NCBI GenBank assembly: GCA_011048995.1
Contig: DSCS01000026.1
Location: 2,765 to 66,764 of the forward strand
DNA length: 64,000 nucleotides
Direction: 5' to 3'
From: Bacillota bacterium
GTDB taxonomy: Bacteria; Macinerneyibacteriota; Macinerneyibacteria; Macinerneyibacteriales; DSCS01
Under the pieces are notes generated by a model. It worked only from the letters and a program-made list of their open reading frames with translations. It was not told the origin of the DNA and ran no database searches. Below are positions 1-10,380 of the stretch, in pieces. How positions within the stretch are numbered: position 1 is the stretch's first letter; the number at the start of each line of letters is the position of its first letter. A program made the translations under genes and the position numbers.

Positions 1-1
1 T

Positions 2-193
2 ATAGCAGGTATTCATCATCGGATGCCGCTTATCTTTTCACGGGAAGAGGGATATCATTGGTTCTCCGATACTTTCGACAGTCTTTTGAGAGCAGGTCCC
101 AAGCGTTTTGCTCTTAGAGCTGAACCGGTGTCCCCCTCTCTCAATGACCCGGAAAATGAAGGGCCTTTATATGTTGAAAAGGATGGGGACTAG
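2..193 (+). CDS. Partial 3' end of an upstream ORF with no in-frame stop from the window edge. It ends in TAG directly abutting the umuC ATG, so it may be a UmuD/YolD-like accessory gene, but the visible C-terminal residues show no clear S24-peptidase motif
   Basis: Reading frame open over 2..190 and terminating at 191-193, immediately before ATG 194. The typical umuD-umuC arrangement is inferred from position only. Confidence 0.25.
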   Translation: MAGIHHRMPLIFSREEGYHWFSDTFDSLLRAGPKRFALRAEPVSPSLNDPENEGPLYVEKDGD

Positions 194-1456
194 ATGCGTT
201 CCTTCGCCTTGGTGGATTGTAACAACTTTTATGCTTCCTGCGAGAAAGCCTTCGCTCCCCGGTGGGAGGGGCGGCCGTTGGTGATCCTTTCCAATAATGA
301 CGGATGTGTGGTGTCATTGACGCAGGAGGCCAAAGTTTTGGGCATTACCCGTGGAGCGCCCTATTTCAAGATCCGCAATATTCTGGAGAGGGCCGGCGGA
401 AGAGCTTTTTCCTCAAATTATGCCCTGTACGGGGACATGTCCCGCCGCGTCATGTCCCTTTTGGGGGAATTAGCCCCGGCTGTTGAGACCTATTCCATTG
501 ATGAATGCTTTTTGGATCTGACCGGGATCGGCGGAGAAGTCGAAGACTTTGCACGACGCGTTAAAAAAAACATCTGGCAGGGGACACGCATTCCCGTGTC
601 GGTGGGGGTCGCTCCGACCAGGACATTGGCCAAGGCTGCCAACAGATGCGCTAAAACAGAGCGAAAAGGAGTCTGTGTCCTCTCTACAGAGGCTCAAAGA
701 GAAGAAATCCTCCGGGCGATGGACCCGCAGGAGATCTGGGGGATCGGGCCCCGGCTTTCTGCACGGCTGATGCGCCGGGGAGTTACAGACGCGTATACAT
801 TGAGCCGCCTTCCTGATGAATGGGTGAAAGAACATCTCGGGGGGGTGTACGGGCTGCGTCTTGTGCGGGAGTTACGGGGAGAATGCTGTTTGGAGATGGA
901 AAACATCGCTTCGAAAAAAGAGATCGTTTCTTCTCGCTCCTTCGGGACACCGGTGACAAAAAAAAAGGAATTGGATGAAGCCGTATCCTCTTTTGCCGCC
1001 CGGGCCGCGGAGAAGCTACGCAGGCAGAAGTCCCTGGCATCACTGATGACTCTCTTTTATTATACAGACCGCTTTAAAAAAGGGGAGCCCCAATACGGCA
1101 ATACAGCCTCATTTTCTTTTGATCCCCCGACAGCGGCGACAGCTGTCATTATCAAGGCTGCATTGGAGCTGTCGCGGCGGATATACCGCGGCGGGTTTTC
1201 TTACAAAAAATGCGGAGTGCTGCTTTCGGGGATCTTCCCGGCCTCTGATATCTCCCGCTCCCTTTTTTCTTCTTCCGAAAACGAAAAAGAAGGAAATATC
1301 TCGCAGGTTTTAGATGCCGTTAATGAAAAATGGGGGCGGGATACGTTGGCTTATGCCGCCCAGGGAGCCCGGGATGAGCCCTGGCATATGCGGCGGCAGA
1401 TGCTTTCCCCGCGCTGGACTACTGTTTGGGACGAAATCCCCGTAATACGCCTATAG
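194..1456 (+). CDS. umuC: Y-family translesion DNA polymerase (UmuC/Pol V catalytic subunit-like)
   Basis: N-terminal LVDCNNFYASCEKAF motif characteristic of UmuC/DinB. 420 aa, typical UmuC length. Confidence 0.8.
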   Translation: MRSFALVDCNNFYASCEKAFAPRWEGRPLVILSNNDGCVVSLTQEAKVLGITRGAPYFKIRNILERAGGRAFSSNYALYGDMSRRVMSLLGELAPAVETYSIDECFLDLTGIGGEVEDFARRVKKNIWQGTRIPVSVGVAPTRTLAKAANRCAKTERKGVCVLSTEAQREEILRAMDPQEIWGIGPRLSARLMRRGVTDAYTLSRLPDEWVKEHLGGVYGLRLVRELRGECCLEMENIASKKEIVSSRSFGTPVTKKKELDEAVSSFAARAAEKLRRQKSLASLMTLFYYTDRFKKGEPQYGNTASFSFDPPTAATAVIIKAALELSRRIYRGGFSYKKCGVLLSGIFPASDISRSLFSSSENEKEGNISQVLDAVNEKWGRDTLAYAAQGARDEPWHMRRQMLSPRWTTVWDEIPVIRL

Positions 1457-1526
1457 GAGAGCTCCTCATTTCAAGGATTAATTCTTGACAGCTTTTGAGG
1501 GCTGTGCTATATTTTGACCCGTTGAT

Positions 1527-1597
1527 TGGGGAGTCGTCTAATGGCAGGACAGCGGACTCTGACTCCGCCGGTGATGGTTCGAATCCTTCCTCCCCAG
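1527..1597 (+). tRNA. tRNA-Gln (anticodon CTG)
   Basis: Manual cloverleaf: acceptor TGGGGAG/CTCCCCA, D-stem GTCT/GGAC, anticodon stem GCGGA/TCCGC with loop CTCTGAC, T-loop GGTTCGAATCC, discriminator G. The 5' TGGGG and 3' CCCCAG ends resemble E. coli tRNA-Gln. No encoded CCA. Confidence 0.75.
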
Positions 1598-1605
1598 TTT
1601 ACTTT

Positions 1606-1678
1606 GGTCCCATCGTCTAGCGGCCTAGGACATCGCCCTCTCACGGCGAAGACAGGGGTTCGATTCCCCTTGGGACTG
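1606..1678 (+). tRNA. tRNA-Glu (anticodon CTC)
   Basis: Near-identical in layout to E. coli tRNA-Glu (GTCCC..TCGTCTAG.GGCC.AGGAC..CGCCCT.TCACGGCG...AGGGGTTCGA.TCCCC). Anticodon loop CTCTCAC gives CUC. No encoded CCA. Confidence 0.8.
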
Positions 1679-1717
1679 TTTCTCTTTTTTTTCTTTTTCC
1701 TCTTTTTTTGAAAAATA

Positions 1718-1745
1718 TTGACTTTCTCCTGAAGGGCCATACAAT
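1718..1745 (+). promoter_or_regulatory. Putative sigma70-type promoter for gcvT (TTGACT-16-TACAAT)
   Basis: Sequence match to -35/-10 consensus about 50 nt upstream of the gcvT start. Confidence 0.4.
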
Positions 1746-1796
1746 GGGGAAAAGAATATTTTTTACCGTTTGACCTATAGATAGAAGGAGGAGTTT

Positions 1797-2906
1797 ATGA
1801 AAAAAACAACCTTAAACGAGATTCACAAGAAATCAGGCGGAAAGATGGTGGACTTTCTGGGATGGGAATTGCCTGTGCAGTATGGCAAAGGGACGATTGC
1901 CGAGCATATGGCCGTGAGAAAAAACGTGGGATTATTCGACGTTTCTCATATGGGGCAATTCGAATTTAAGGGAAATGATGCCGTCGCTCTTATTCAAAAA
2001 CTGATTACAAACAACGCTGCCAAACTGGAGACCCGGCAAGTGCTTTACAGCCCCATGTGCTATGAAAACGGAACTATTGTGGACGATGTTCTCTGTTACC
2101 GCTTAGGAGAAGACCATTTTTATATGGTCGTCAATGCTTCGAACATCGAAAAAGACTGGGACTGGGTGAAAAAAAACGCTCAGGGGGCGGATCTGGATAT
2201 TATAAAGAATTTTTCTGATGAAGTCTCCCTTTTGGCGCTACAAGGCCCGTACGCCGAAAAGACGTTGCAAAAACTTCTCAAAGAGGATCTTTCTCAATTA
2301 GGCTTTTTCTACCTGCTGCCGCAGACTCAGGTCGATGATGTGGATGTGCTCATGATATCGCGAACAGGATACACCGGAGAAGACGGCTTTGAGATCATGA
2401 CAGTGAATACCCATGCGCCGGCTTTGTGGGAAACGATCATGAAGGCCGGAGAAGAGTTCGGGATCGAGCCCTGCGGTTTGGGGGCCCGGGATACCTTGCG
2501 CTTTGAAGCAAAACTTCCTCTTTACGGAAATGATATTGATGACACGACAACTCCCGTAGAAGCGGTTTTGAAATTTTTTATTGATACTGAAAAACCTTTT
2601 TTTAACGGTAAAGAGACGATCCTCGACCAGATCAATAACGGCACAGAGCGGCTGATCCGTGGTTTTGAGATGATAGACAAGGGGATTCCCCGCCATGGCA
2701 TGGAGATCTATTCGGCTGAAGGGGAAAGAATAGGGTATGTGACCAGTGGAACCTATGCTCCTTTCCTGGAGAAAAACCTGGGCCTGGGATATATTGATAA
2801 ACCGCATCATAAACCCGGGCAGGAGATCTTTATCGATGTCAGGGGAAAAAGGAAAAAAGCGGTGATCGTCAAAACACCTTTTTATAAGAAATCCTATAAA
2901 TCATAA
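1797..2906 (+). CDS. gcvT: Glycine cleavage system T protein (aminomethyltransferase)
   Basis: 369 aa. GcvT-typical residues (HMGQFEF, RDTLRFEAKLPLYGNDID, folate-binding fold signature). Confidence 0.88.
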   Translation: MKKTTLNEIHKKSGGKMVDFLGWELPVQYGKGTIAEHMAVRKNVGLFDVSHMGQFEFKGNDAVALIQKLITNNAAKLETRQVLYSPMCYENGTIVDDVLCYRLGEDHFYMVVNASNIEKDWDWVKKNAQGADLDIIKNFSDEVSLLALQGPYAEKTLQKLLKEDLSQLGFFYLLPQTQVDDVDVLMISRTGYTGEDGFEIMTVNTHAPALWETIMKAGEEFGIEPCGLGARDTLRFEAKLPLYGNDIDDTTTPVEAVLKFFIDTEKPFFNGKETILDQINNGTERLIRGFEMIDKGIPRHGMEIYSAEGERIGYVTSGTYAPFLEKNLGLGYIDKPHHKPGQEIFIDVRGKRKKAVIVKTPFYKKSYKS

Positions 2907-2996
2907 TTCTTTGGGGGAGTGGCGTCTCCCCCATTATTTTTTCGGCATTCTATAAAAATTTCTCTTGCAATGAAAATAAAGTTGTGCTATAAAATA

Positions 2997-3023
2997 TTAG
3001 CACTCACCTTAAGTGAGTGCTAA
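2997..3023 (+). promoter_or_regulatory. CIRCE operator (HrcA binding site) upstream of groES
   Basis: TTAGCACTC-N9-GAGTGCTAA perfect inverted repeat, identical to the CIRCE consensus. hrcA is encoded in this same window. Confidence 0.9.
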
Positions 3024-3061
3024 TAGGATAAGCAAGACCTGTTATGGTGTAACGAAAGGAG

Positions 3062-3343
3062 ATGGTTATGAAAGTCATGCCTTTGGAAGAACGTGTTCTG
3101 GTGAAGGTGGAATTGACCCAGGAAAAAACGAAAAGCGGAATTTATCTGCCCGACACCGCCAAAGAAAAAACGCAGCAGGGTGAAATAGTCGAGGTGGGGA
3201 CTTCCGAGGATTTTAATAAGATGGGCATTAAAAAGGGTGTTAAGGTCATTTTCGCCAAGTATGCCGGGACAGAGATTAAAATCGACAATGAGGATTATCT
3301 GATTTTGAACAAGACAGATGTCCTTGCCAAAGTCGAGCAGTAA
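3062..3343 (+). CDS. groES: Co-chaperonin GroES (start possibly ATG 3068)
   Basis: 93 aa. MKVMPLEERVLVKV...SGIYLPD Hsp10 pattern, immediately upstream of groEL. Confidence 0.92.
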   Translation: MVMKVMPLEERVLVKVELTQEKTKSGIYLPDTAKEKTQQGEIVEVGTSEDFNKMGIKKGVKVIFAKYAGTEIKIDNEDYLILNKTDVLAKVEQ

Positions 3344-3346
3344 TAA

Positions 3347-4996
<1,650 letters not shown>

Positions 4997-5004
4997 AACC
5001 ATAA

Positions 5005-5034
5005 GGGCGGGGTTCTTCCCGCCCTTTTTTTTTC
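5005..5034 (+). terminator. Rho-independent terminator after groEL
   Basis: GGGCGGG-loop-CCCGCCC hairpin followed by a T9 run. Confidence 0.8.
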
Positions 5035-5098
5035 TTAAAATGTCTTGACCGTTCTCATCTCATCCCTTAGTATTATTTAGTAAACCGAAATATAAGGG

Positions 5099-6553
5099 GT
5101 GATGAATATGAAAAATATTGCTCAATGGGCTGTGGAAGCTATGGCAGCTGAGGGCGTAGACTACGGAGATGCCCGTTTACGCCGGACAGACCGGGAAGTC
5201 ATTATGACTCAAAACGATACCCTCCGCTTTGTTGATAATTTTACAGAGCGGGGGATCGGAGTGCGTGTCCTTGTGAAGGGACGCTGGGGATTTGTTGCGA
5301 CGCCGTTTTTGTCCAAAGAATCTGTACAACAATGCGTCTTAAAAGCCGTAGGTATCGCTAAGGCAGCGGCTGTTGTCAATCAGGAGCCGATTAAGCTGAC
5401 TCAGGATAAGGCGGCACAGGGTGTTTTTAAGACTAAGATCGAAAAGGACCCTTTTGACCTTCCCCTGGGGGAGAAGGCTGCTCTGCTGATCGCTGCTTAT
5501 GAAAAGATGGCCGCTCAAAAAGCTATTAAACGGGTGATGGGCCGCATGTATTTTCGGCGCATGCATCAGTTTTTCCTCTCGACAGAAGGTGCTGACCTGG
5601 AAAACCTTGTTTACACTTCGGCCGCGACGTATAATGCTACAGCTGTGGGACAAGGGGATTTTCAGACCCGGGGATTACCCGAATACCCGAAAAATGCCGG
5701 ATTTGAATGGATCGAATCCCAAAATATCGTAGAGAAAGCCCCGGAAGTCGCTGAGGATGTCATGAAAAAACTGGGAGCCTCCCGGGCCCCGTCCGGGAAA
5801 ACCGATCTGATCCTTATGCCGTCCCATCTTTGCCTGACCATACATGAATCAGTGGGACATCCTACCGAGCTGGACCGTGTTTTGGGATGGGAAGCCAATT
5901 TTGCGGGGACATCTTTTGCAACGCCGGAAAAAAGAAATCATTTCCAATACGGTTCCCCGTTGGTCAATTTTGTGGCGGACAATACATTAGAGGGAGGGCT
6001 GGCGACTTGGGGGAATGATGATGACGGGATCTGCGGGAAGCGTTGGCAGATCATTCAAGACGGCCTCTTAGTCAATTACGGGACGACCCGGGACACAGCC
6101 CATTATATCGGAGATACAGAAAGCATGGGCTGTAACAGGGCCGATTCCTATGCCTCTCAGCCGATCAACCGTATTCCCAATTTAAGCCTGATGGCGGGAA
6201 AAGACCCCCTGTCTCTTGATGAGCTGATCGCTGACACGGAAAAGGGGATCCTTATTGACGGTATGGGGAGTTTTTCCATCGATCAAAGGCGGTATAATTT
6301 TCAATTCGGAGGAGACATGTTTTATGAGATCAAAGGCGGTAAAATCACTCGTCCGCTGAAGGATGTCATTTATCAGGCGATTACTCCGGAATTCTGGAAC
6401 TCCTGTGATGCTATTTGTGACGAACGTTTCTGGGAGCCTTACGGAGTACTCAATTGCGGAAAGGGAGAGCCGTCACAGACCCAGCAGATGACTCATGGTT
6501 CGGCTCCGGCCCGGTTCAGAAATATTGATGTGGGAGGTGCCTTTAATGGATAA
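5099..6553 (+). CDS. tldD: TldD family metalloprotease (peptidase U62)
   Basis: 484 aa. HExxxH-like HESVGHPTELDRV motif, TldD length, paired with pmbA downstream. Confidence 0.8.
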   Translation: MMNMKNIAQWAVEAMAAEGVDYGDARLRRTDREVIMTQNDTLRFVDNFTERGIGVRVLVKGRWGFVATPFLSKESVQQCVLKAVGIAKAAAVVNQEPIKLTQDKAAQGVFKTKIEKDPFDLPLGEKAALLIAAYEKMAAQKAIKRVMGRMYFRRMHQFFLSTEGADLENLVYTSAATYNATAVGQGDFQTRGLPEYPKNAGFEWIESQNIVEKAPEVAEDVMKKLGASRAPSGKTDLILMPSHLCLTIHESVGHPTELDRVLGWEANFAGTSFATPEKRNHFQYGSPLVNFVADNTLEGGLATWGNDDDGICGKRWQIIQDGLLVNYGTTRDTAHYIGDTESMGCNRADSYASQPINRIPNLSLMAGKDPLSLDELIADTEKGILIDGMGSFSIDQRRYNFQFGGDMFYEIKGGKITRPLKDVIYQAITPEFWNSCDAICDERFWEPYGVLNCGKGEPSQTQQMTHGSAPARFRNIDVGGAFNG

Positions 6554-7844
6554 GAAGAAACGTTTTCAGGATATTGCAGAATTCATCGGAAACACGCTGA
6601 ATGCCGATGACTATGTTATCAAATACGAAAATGAGAATGAGGCTTTAACGCGATTTGCAGACAATAAAGTAACACAGAATGTGGACACATTGAAAGAAAC
6701 GGTCTCTTTGACAGCCTGGATCGACGGGAAGAAAGCGACGTTGAGCAGCGCCGACTGCAGCCGTGAAGGATTGAAAGAGCTGACCGGGAAATGTGAAAAA
6801 GCCGCCCGGGCCTCTGTTCCCGACAAAGAGTATTTACCTTCATTAAGCGATGATGGCCAGGTTATCGAACAGATGGTGGATCCCGCGGTTTTGAAAGCCG
6901 GGGCTCCCGAACGGGCAGCCATTGCCGCACGCACCATCGCCAGGGCCTCTCAAAACAAAGTCACGGCTTTTGGGACGGTCTTTCATACGCTGAATGCCAC
7001 GGGCCTGGCGACGGCTAACGGGCTTTTGAAGTATTATGAGAATACGGCGGCAGGGTACTCCAATACGGTTGACAAAAACGGAGAAAAGGGGAGTTCTTTC
7101 TCGAACGGTTATGACCTGGCCTCGATGAATCCTGAAGAGGATTTCAGCCGGGCATTGAAAGATGCCGAGCTTCTTCAGAACAGGAAAGAGTTTGACCCCG
7201 GACGCTATCCTGTTCTTCTTTCTGCCCAGGCGGCTTCCAAATTGATGATGTGGCTGGGGTTCTTCGGAGCTGACCGGCAGGCTGTGGATGAGGGCTATTC
7301 GCCTTATTCCAATAAAATGGGAGAGACTTTGGTGGACACGCGGATCTCCATCGGGACGAATCCCGCTCATCCGTCATCGCCGTCTCTTCCCTTTGATTCT
7401 GCAGGATTGGCTGTAGAGGACAGAAAGATCATCGATAAAGGTGTCTTAACCGATATTCCCTGCTCACGATTCTGGGCTTCACAAAAGGGGTATGAGCCCT
7501 GGAGTGCTACGAATGTCGTCATAAGCGACGGGACAAAAACGGAAGAAGAGCTTCTGTCCTCTTTGGACCGGGGTTTTTACATCAAAGACCTCTGGTATAT
7601 CCGGATGGTCCGCATGGAAGACTTTACTTTGACGGGAATGACACGGAACGGGTTCTTTTATGTGGAAGACGGGAAAATCGTCACGGGGGCTACTCATTTC
7701 CGTTGGAATGATTCTCCTCTGAGAATGCTGAACAATATCCTCGGACTGGGGAAAGGCTCAGGGTTTGTAGACTCATGGTTTTCAGTTTTTACGCCGTCTC
7801 TCCTTATCCGTGATTTCTATTTAAGCAGTAAGACACTGTTTTAA
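6546..7844 (+). CDS. pmbA: PmbA/TldE family peptidase U62 partner. Start taken at ATG 6546 (RBS GGAGGT), overlapping the tldD stop in ATGGATAA
   Basis: About 433 aa. U62 family C-terminal region, translationally coupled to tldD. Confidence 0.72.
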   Translation: MDKKKRFQDIAEFIGNTLNADDYVIKYENENEALTRFADNKVTQNVDTLKETVSLTAWIDGKKATLSSADCSREGLKELTGKCEKAARASVPDKEYLPSLSDDGQVIEQMVDPAVLKAGAPERAAIAARTIARASQNKVTAFGTVFHTLNATGLATANGLLKYYENTAAGYSNTVDKNGEKGSSFSNGYDLASMNPEEDFSRALKDAELLQNRKEFDPGRYPVLLSAQAASKLMMWLGFFGADRQAVDEGYSPYSNKMGETLVDTRISIGTNPAHPSSPSLPFDSAGLAVEDRKIIDKGVLTDIPCSRFWASQKGYEPWSATNVVISDGTKTEEELLSSLDRGFYIKDLWYIRMVRMEDFTLTGMTRNGFFYVEDGKIVTGATHFRWNDSPLRMLNNILGLGKGSGFVDSWFSVFTPSLLIRDFYLSSKTLF

Positions 7845-7852
7845 AGAGGAAA

Positions 7853-7880
7853 GGCTGCAGTAACCGCTGCAGCCTTTTTC
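7853..7880 (+). terminator. Rho-independent terminator after pmbA
   Basis: GGCTGCAG-TAACCG-CTGCAGCC hairpin plus T5. Confidence 0.75.
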
Positions 7881-8013
7881 CCGCTTATAAGGCCTTTTAA
7901 CCGGAAGATCCCATGACCGGAAGGGTTTTTTCAATGAAATGTAAGGGTTTTCTCTTGTCAAACGCTCTCAGCATGTTATTTTTAGACTGCAATTGAGTGA
8001 AAGGAGTTGATTT

Positions 8014-8640
8014 ATGAAACGACAGCTTCCCGTCATTATTACATTTATCTTCGCTGTCATCGGGATTATTTTACAGCTCTCTCCTGTGATGCAGGACAAA
8101 TTTATCGATCCCGTTAACAGCTGGATTGCCTCGATCTCGTCTTTTGCCGTGATTATCGGCCTGGCCAGCCTGGTCAGGCATCACACCACAAAGATCAGGC
8201 GGAAGCATAAAGATCAGTTTTTCAGTTTTGTTACCTTTACGGCTTTAGTGGTGATGGCCACTGTCTCGATTGTCGGGTACTATCATCCGGGTTCGATTTG
8301 GAAAGTTTTCGCCGATAACCTTTACCGACACATCATGGTCCCGTTGAATGCGACAATGTTCGCTTTGCTGGCTTTTTATATTTCTTCAGCCGCTTACCGG
8401 GCTTTCCGCGCCAGGACTTGGCTGGCCGGGACATTGCTCGTATCCGGGTTTATCGTCATGCTGGGCCGTGTCGCTTTCGGGCCTTTGATGATCGCCGCGG
8501 AAATCACAAATTGGCTTATGCTGATCCCCAATACGGCTGCCATGAGAGGGATCATGATCGGTGTGGGATTGGGGATGGTGGCGACAGCCATTAAGATCAT
8601 GCTGGGTATCGAGCGCTCCTATCTGGGAGGTGGTGAATAA
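8014..8640 (+). CDS. Cassette A gene 1: polytopic membrane protein (about 6 TM), unknown function. Conserved KIRRKHKD loop and ERSYLGGGE C-terminus
   Basis: Hydrophobic segments. Paralog at 11687-12310 with a highly conserved C-terminal half (SAAYRAFRARTWLA, MGRVAFGP, IERSYLGGGE). Confidence 0.8.
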   Translation: MKRQLPVIITFIFAVIGIILQLSPVMQDKFIDPVNSWIASISSFAVIIGLASLVRHHTTKIRRKHKDQFFSFVTFTALVVMATVSIVGYYHPGSIWKVFADNLYRHIMVPLNATMFALLAFYISSAAYRAFRARTWLAGTLLVSGFIVMLGRVAFGPLMIAAEITNWLMLIPNTAAMRGIMIGVGLGMVATAIKIMLGIERSYLGGGE

Positions 8641-9638
8641 TGAGAAAGAATAAGAATGCCTGGTATGAAAAGCTTCTGGCTATTCCCAAACCTGTGATCT
8701 ATGTCATCATGTTTTTTGTCGTGGCACTGCCGGTTCTCTTTAAGATGCAGATCAGCACCTATGTCACAACAGAAGTCCAGCTGATTTATGATCATATGGA
8801 AGAACTTTACCGGTATAACCTTGAAAATCCTGATGAAAAAAAAGCCGTTTTTATTGCTTTTGATTATGACCCGTCTACTATGGCGGAATTGGATCCTATG
8901 GCTTTCGCCACCCTGCGGCACGCTTTTTTGAGGGATATTCCCGTTCTCGGCTGGTCGGGACTGCCCACAGGGGTGGATTTAGGAGAGCAAAACATGCATC
9001 TGATCGCTAAAGAGTACGGAGCCGTTTACGGCGAAGATTATGTTTTTCTGGGGTACGGGTATCCCTTTGTCCAGGCGATTATCGCTTTAGCTACAGATGT
9101 GAAGACTTTTTTTGCCAGTGACAAAGCGGGAAATAATACCCGTGATCTTCCTTTGCTGGGAGAGATCTATAATTTTAACCGCATCGGGTTGGTCTTTACC
9201 ATGTCCGGAACCTCCTACCCCGAGTCCTGGGTGACGTATGCCAACGGGCTTTACGGGAAAAAAGTCATAACAGGCTCCACAGCGGTTTCTGCAGCCAAAT
9301 ATTACCCTTTTTTGCAAACGGAGCAGATGTCCGGGCTTATGGGGGGATTAAAAGGGGCTGCCGAATATGAGCAGCTTGTGGAAAACCTGGAAAAGGAGAT
9401 TCACGGGAAAGACGTCAAAACCTATTTGGAGAATCTCTACCGGGACAAAGACCTCAGCCGGTATGATTCTTCCAATTATAAGACAGGGTTTACTCCTGAT
9501 GAGATCCAACTGAGTGTGGCCCGGAGAAGTACGGCCCGGCAGGGCATGGCTCCTCAGGCGACAGCTCATTTTTATGTAATCCTTTTAATAATTATCGGTA
9601 ATATCGCCTATTTCGCCCGTATGCGGAATAGTAAATGA
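8640..9638 (+). CDS. Cassette A gene 2: bitopic protein with N- and C-terminal TM helices flanking a roughly 280-aa soluble domain, unknown function
   Basis: Start ATG overlaps the gene 1 stop (TAATG). Paralog at 12310-13305 (conserved LRHAFLR.IPV, AKEYGAVYGED.VF.GY.YP, YPFLQT.QM.G.MGGL.GAAEYE.LV). Confidence 0.8.
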   Translation: MRKNKNAWYEKLLAIPKPVIYVIMFFVVALPVLFKMQISTYVTTEVQLIYDHMEELYRYNLENPDEKKAVFIAFDYDPSTMAELDPMAFATLRHAFLRDIPVLGWSGLPTGVDLGEQNMHLIAKEYGAVYGEDYVFLGYGYPFVQAIIALATDVKTFFASDKAGNNTRDLPLLGEIYNFNRIGLVFTMSGTSYPESWVTYANGLYGKKVITGSTAVSAAKYYPFLQTEQMSGLMGGLKGAAEYEQLVENLEKEIHGKDVKTYLENLYRDKDLSRYDSSNYKTGFTPDEIQLSVARRSTARQGMAPQATAHFYVILLIIIGNIAYFARMRNSK

Positions 9639-9651
9639 CAGGAGGGGAATT

Positions 9652-10368
9652 ATGGGTACATTGATTTGGATGACCATTGCATTATTTCTGACCTTAGCTG
9701 TCTTTTCCTTCCTTTTCAGAGATAATGTCCTTTATAAATTTGCAGAGCATCTTTTTGTAGGTGTCTCTGTGGGCTATACAGTGTATGTCAGCTATACGAA
9801 TCTCTTTTTGCCGAGAGTCTGGAACCCCTTGCGCCGGGCGATCGGCGACGGGAATATACTCCTGGCGCTGTGGCTGGCCCTGGGTGTTCTTGTGGGAATC
9901 CTTTATTTCTCCCGCTTTACCCAAAACTGGAACTGGGTGAGCCGCTATCCCATCAGCATCACTGTCGGCTATTTAACGGGCTACTCGATCATCCCCAGCC
10001 TGAAGGCTCGTATTTTGAGTCAGTTTTACGGGACAGTGGTGGACCCGGCCGGCGATTCGCTTCTGAACGCCGAAAAAATCGGGGTCTTTTTTAAGGAACC
10101 CACTTTGCATAATTTTTTCTTTGAAGCCATGGCCGGACCGCTCCTGGTGTTTGGGGTCTTTGTGGTCATTGTCTACTTTTTCTTTTCTTTTAAGAATACG
10201 AACCCCGTGGTCCGTTTTTCACGGAATCCGGCGCTGGTTTATCTGATGGTGGCCTTCGGCGCTTCGTTCGGCTATACCTTCATGGGGCGTATCAGCCTTT
10301 TTATCGGACGGATGAATTTTATTTTCCATGAATGGTGGCCGATTTTTAAGAATATGATCAGCGGATAG
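9652..10368 (+). CDS. Cassette A gene 3: polytopic membrane protein (about 6 TM), unknown function
   Basis: RBS GGAGGG upstream. Paralog at 13315-14022 (conserved KFAEHLFVG, RYPISITVG, GRISLFIGRMNFIF.EWWP). Confidence 0.8.
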   Translation: MGTLIWMTIALFLTLAVFSFLFRDNVLYKFAEHLFVGVSVGYTVYVSYTNLFLPRVWNPLRRAIGDGNILLALWLALGVLVGILYFSRFTQNWNWVSRYPISITVGYLTGYSIIPSLKARILSQFYGTVVDPAGDSLLNAEKIGVFFKEPTLHNFFFEAMAGPLLVFGVFVVIVYFFFSFKNTNPVVRFSRNPALVYLMVAFGASFGYTFMGRISLFIGRMNFIFHEWWPIFKNMISG

Positions 10369-10380
10369 AAGGGAGTGACA

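Noticed and set aside
1507-1740. ORFs 1507-1740 (-) and 1526-1711 (+) in the six-frame track
   Set aside because: They overlap two well-folded tRNA genes (Gln, Glu) and a poly-T/poly-A tract. They have low-complexity translations (KKRKKKKKR, FLFFFFFLFF) and are not coding.
1757-1796. Possible glycine riboswitch upstream of gcvT
   Set aside because: Only about 40 nt lie between the putative promoter and the start codon, with no GGAGAG...CACCG aptamer-like sequence. Too short for a glycine riboswitch.
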